From contig NW_026923186.1 in NCBI RefSeq assembly GCF_032062105.1, positions 1-64,000 on the forward strand: DNA of 64,000 nt, given 5' to 3'. Numbering within the stretch: the stretch's first letter is position 1; each line of letters begins with the position of its first letter. The notes beneath the pieces were generated by a model. The model had not been told where the DNA came from, ran no database searches, and saw nothing but the letters and a program-made list of their open reading frames with translations. Source of the DNA: Saccostrea cucullata (lineage: Eukaryota). A program made the position numbers and the translations under genes. Positions 61,453 through 64,000 of the stretch are shown in pieces.

Positions 61453-64000
61453 ATGGGTTCACTGATATCAAGATTCCGTGTATGTGTTTACTTGTCAGCT
61501 ATTTTATTGTGTTTTGTGTAAGTCGTGTATTTGGGTAGTAGCAGTCGTTTTACCACAGGCTGTTGTCTGCTGATTACACCAACTCACGGATTTGTAATCA
61601 TTATTTTTGTGTATATGATCACTGATAATAGATTTTTGTTAAACACAGAAACAAGAAAATGTTTGACAACATTGTGCTGTAGTAGATGTTTTGTAGTAGT
61701 TTATTAAAACTTTGAATGGCATGGGTAGCAAAATTGAACACCTGGATGAGGGGGGACCATTTAGCTGTCACTGGATCAAAATGTAAACAGTCTCAATTTT
61801 TAAATAAGTAATTTAGCTGAAAATATTCCAAGGCAACAAAAGGAAGGCACATACATATCATGTGATTGACATTTCAGAGCATGAATCACAGCATATAATC
61901 TGAGTGTTTTGCCAAGACCAAATTTTTTTTTAAGTCTCAACAGATTTTGCTGAGATTACAATGACAAGTTTTTTCTTCTGAAGTTTTGACCCAGCAGTAT
62001 CAAAATAGGTATAAGGACAACTAATAATGTATTCTCTTTAGAAAAATGGACAGGCTTTTGCCTAGATCCACTTCTCTTCGTAATTAGCCTTCATGATAAT
62101 ATGTTTTTTCTGGAAAATGTGTAATATACATGATATAGAACTGGAAATGGCCTGCACTTCAACTAACATTTTGTCTCATATATGTCTGATTTTACTTTAC
62201 AGACATGTTAAATTAACAATTTTAACATAAATGCATACAACTGTCACAAGAAAAACAACCATTATGTGTTGTTAATCCATTTTCACAAGTACTCCATCCC
62301 AGATTAAAATTTTTAGCAAATAACTCTAGATCCAAGGACGTTCGGAGCTCCTTGGGACACTGAATGGAGTGGTTTCAGCCAAGGATTCTCGATTGTGGTA
62401 GAAAAGCACTAGTCTGGTTCCGAACTACTGTGCGGAGCATTAATTTATGGGTAGGCCGGAACCAGGCTAGAAAAGCACTAGTTTAAATCCAGGAAGGAGA
62501 TCATGTAAATATAGATATAAGATATATGTAAAGGTCGGTTTTCTTGTGACAGTTGAGTTTATTTATGATGAAAATGTTAATAAAAAATGTTTAACATATA
62601 ATCATACAATTTTAAAATTTGATAGCATAAATTTTTGTCATTTATGACAGATTATACTTCAAATATATTTCCACATCTTATTCAGACTGAAATAGATAAA
62701 TCTTGTTTTCATTAATCTGACAATAATTGAGCAAAGGTGACTAGGGTGAGCTAAGTGGCCCATATGGGCTTCATACTTTGTTTTGTTAACAATCTTTTCG
62801 TACATTTTTTGCAGAAAAAACCTACAACCTTTGAAGTTTTAGAGAGTTTGGAAAAGGTAAGACAACAAAATATGTGAAAAACTCATTTTAGCAGTCATTA
62901 AATTAAGCTACTGGTGGAAAACTTAGTCTATTACTAGCCCAAATCAACTTGTCAATTTAAGCCCATGTGCTTTAAACGACTAAGAATTTTCAATTTATTA
63001 AAAATATGAGTACATATCTTACCTCTTACATGTATCAACAGAATATTTCTTAACTTCTTCATATCTTTAAAAAATAATTTTTGTTAACATCTCTTGCCGA
63101 GACCAATTTATATTGTATCTTATAGATATTAGTGCAGCAATTTAGTATTTTCCATGTATTAATTTATTAGAATTGCTCTTTATTGATCACTTGATTTATA
63201 ATGCGTTCAAAGAATCGGTATTCATGTATATTCTGTAAGTATTGAGGCTTTCAAAAGAAAAAGGGGAAGGAACAGAGAAAATAAATGGTAGGGTAAGAAA
63301 AAAGGGATACATTTTTCTTTGATCATTCAGAGAAAGGAGCTTGATTTTGGTGTTCATGTACTTATAATTGTCATTGCACTTTAATTCATGGTTCTGTTAT
63401 GCTACTTGTTTAACTTAGCTTTTCTAGGTCTTTGTCTGTATTGTCAATGTTAATATTCTGATGCACTTTTTATCATGTTTTGTACATGTATATGTCAAAA
63501 CATCTTTCTGTGAGTTTGAATATAAGCTGAATATCAGGGCTTTCAAATTTCAAAAAGATTAGAAACATATGGTGCTTTTTCACGATTTTAACTAAATGTG
63601 TTATCAGATTTTTCTTCAACAAATATTTTGTTTGGTACATTCATAATTTCAGCTGGGTAAAAATACCAGGTACCGATACATTTTGAAAGGCCTGGAATAT
63701 GCATTCCATTTAAAAGAATATAAATATTGAGCATCTTGTAAATCTGGATCATGCATTTGTACAGCCAACTCGTGCCAATATTCCCCAATATAAGTTCAAT
63801 AACCGTATAATACTGTGATATATTTTTCAGGAAATTGAGACACTGCAGAAGTTCCGTCGCGATAACCTTCAGAAACAGAAGAGCTTTATCACTAAGTTGA
63901 TGCTGTATTCCATACTGATGTATATCGTGGCCTCCGTCATTTTCTATTTTTACTTCTTCCCAAACAATTGGAGGGACAGACTTCTTTATTCCTCCCCTCT
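61453..64000 (+). CDS. LNPK: ER junction formation protein lunapark, 5' part (runs off the window)
   Basis: Exons 61453-61479, 62815-62856 and 63831->64000 give MGSLISRFR-KKPTTFEVLESLEK-EIETLQKFRRDNLQKQKSFITKLMLYSILMYIVASVIFYFYFFP. This aligns with human LNPK MGGLFSRWRTKPSTVEVLESIDKEIQALEEFREKNQ, including the Gly2 myristoylation site and TM1. Confidence 0.93.
62410..62469. mobile_element. 60-bp Academ-like micro-MITE in lunapark intron 1
   Basis: TIR tagtctggttccg / cggaaccaggcta. Perfect 9-bp TSD gaaaagcac at 62401-62409 and 62470-62478. Confidence 0.8.

Overview
AT-rich eukaryotic genomic DNA with spliced genes and dense, nested transposons. It is most likely from an oyster or related bivalve, inferred from a Cg170/HindIII-like ~167-bp satellite and Helentron-type repeats. 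The ORF track mostly shows exon fragments, so gene models were rebuilt by hand from splice sites and exon phase. Left to right: (1) two tandem 4-exon secreted PAN/apple + C-type lectin genes; (2) a decayed Gypsy LTR retrotransposon inside a Helentron-like element, itself hit by two MITEs; (3) a 12-exon beta-1,3-glucan-binding protein gene (CBM39-like + GH16, EIDVME intact); (4) three tandem minus-strand type I membrane receptor genes with a tiny C-type-lectin-like ectodomain, a shared GC-AG intron and Tyr/ITIM-like tails, one of them frameshifted; (5) a 5-exon 179-aa orphan membrane-protein gene head-to-head with (6) the 5' exons of lunapark. The best candidate for an undescribed system is the compact-CTLD receptor family sitting in a glycan-recognition cluster. 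A tRNA-LTR TRIM (Helenus-like) with a covarying internal RNA structure is the best mobile-element finding. All family names come from motif recognition, not from database searches.
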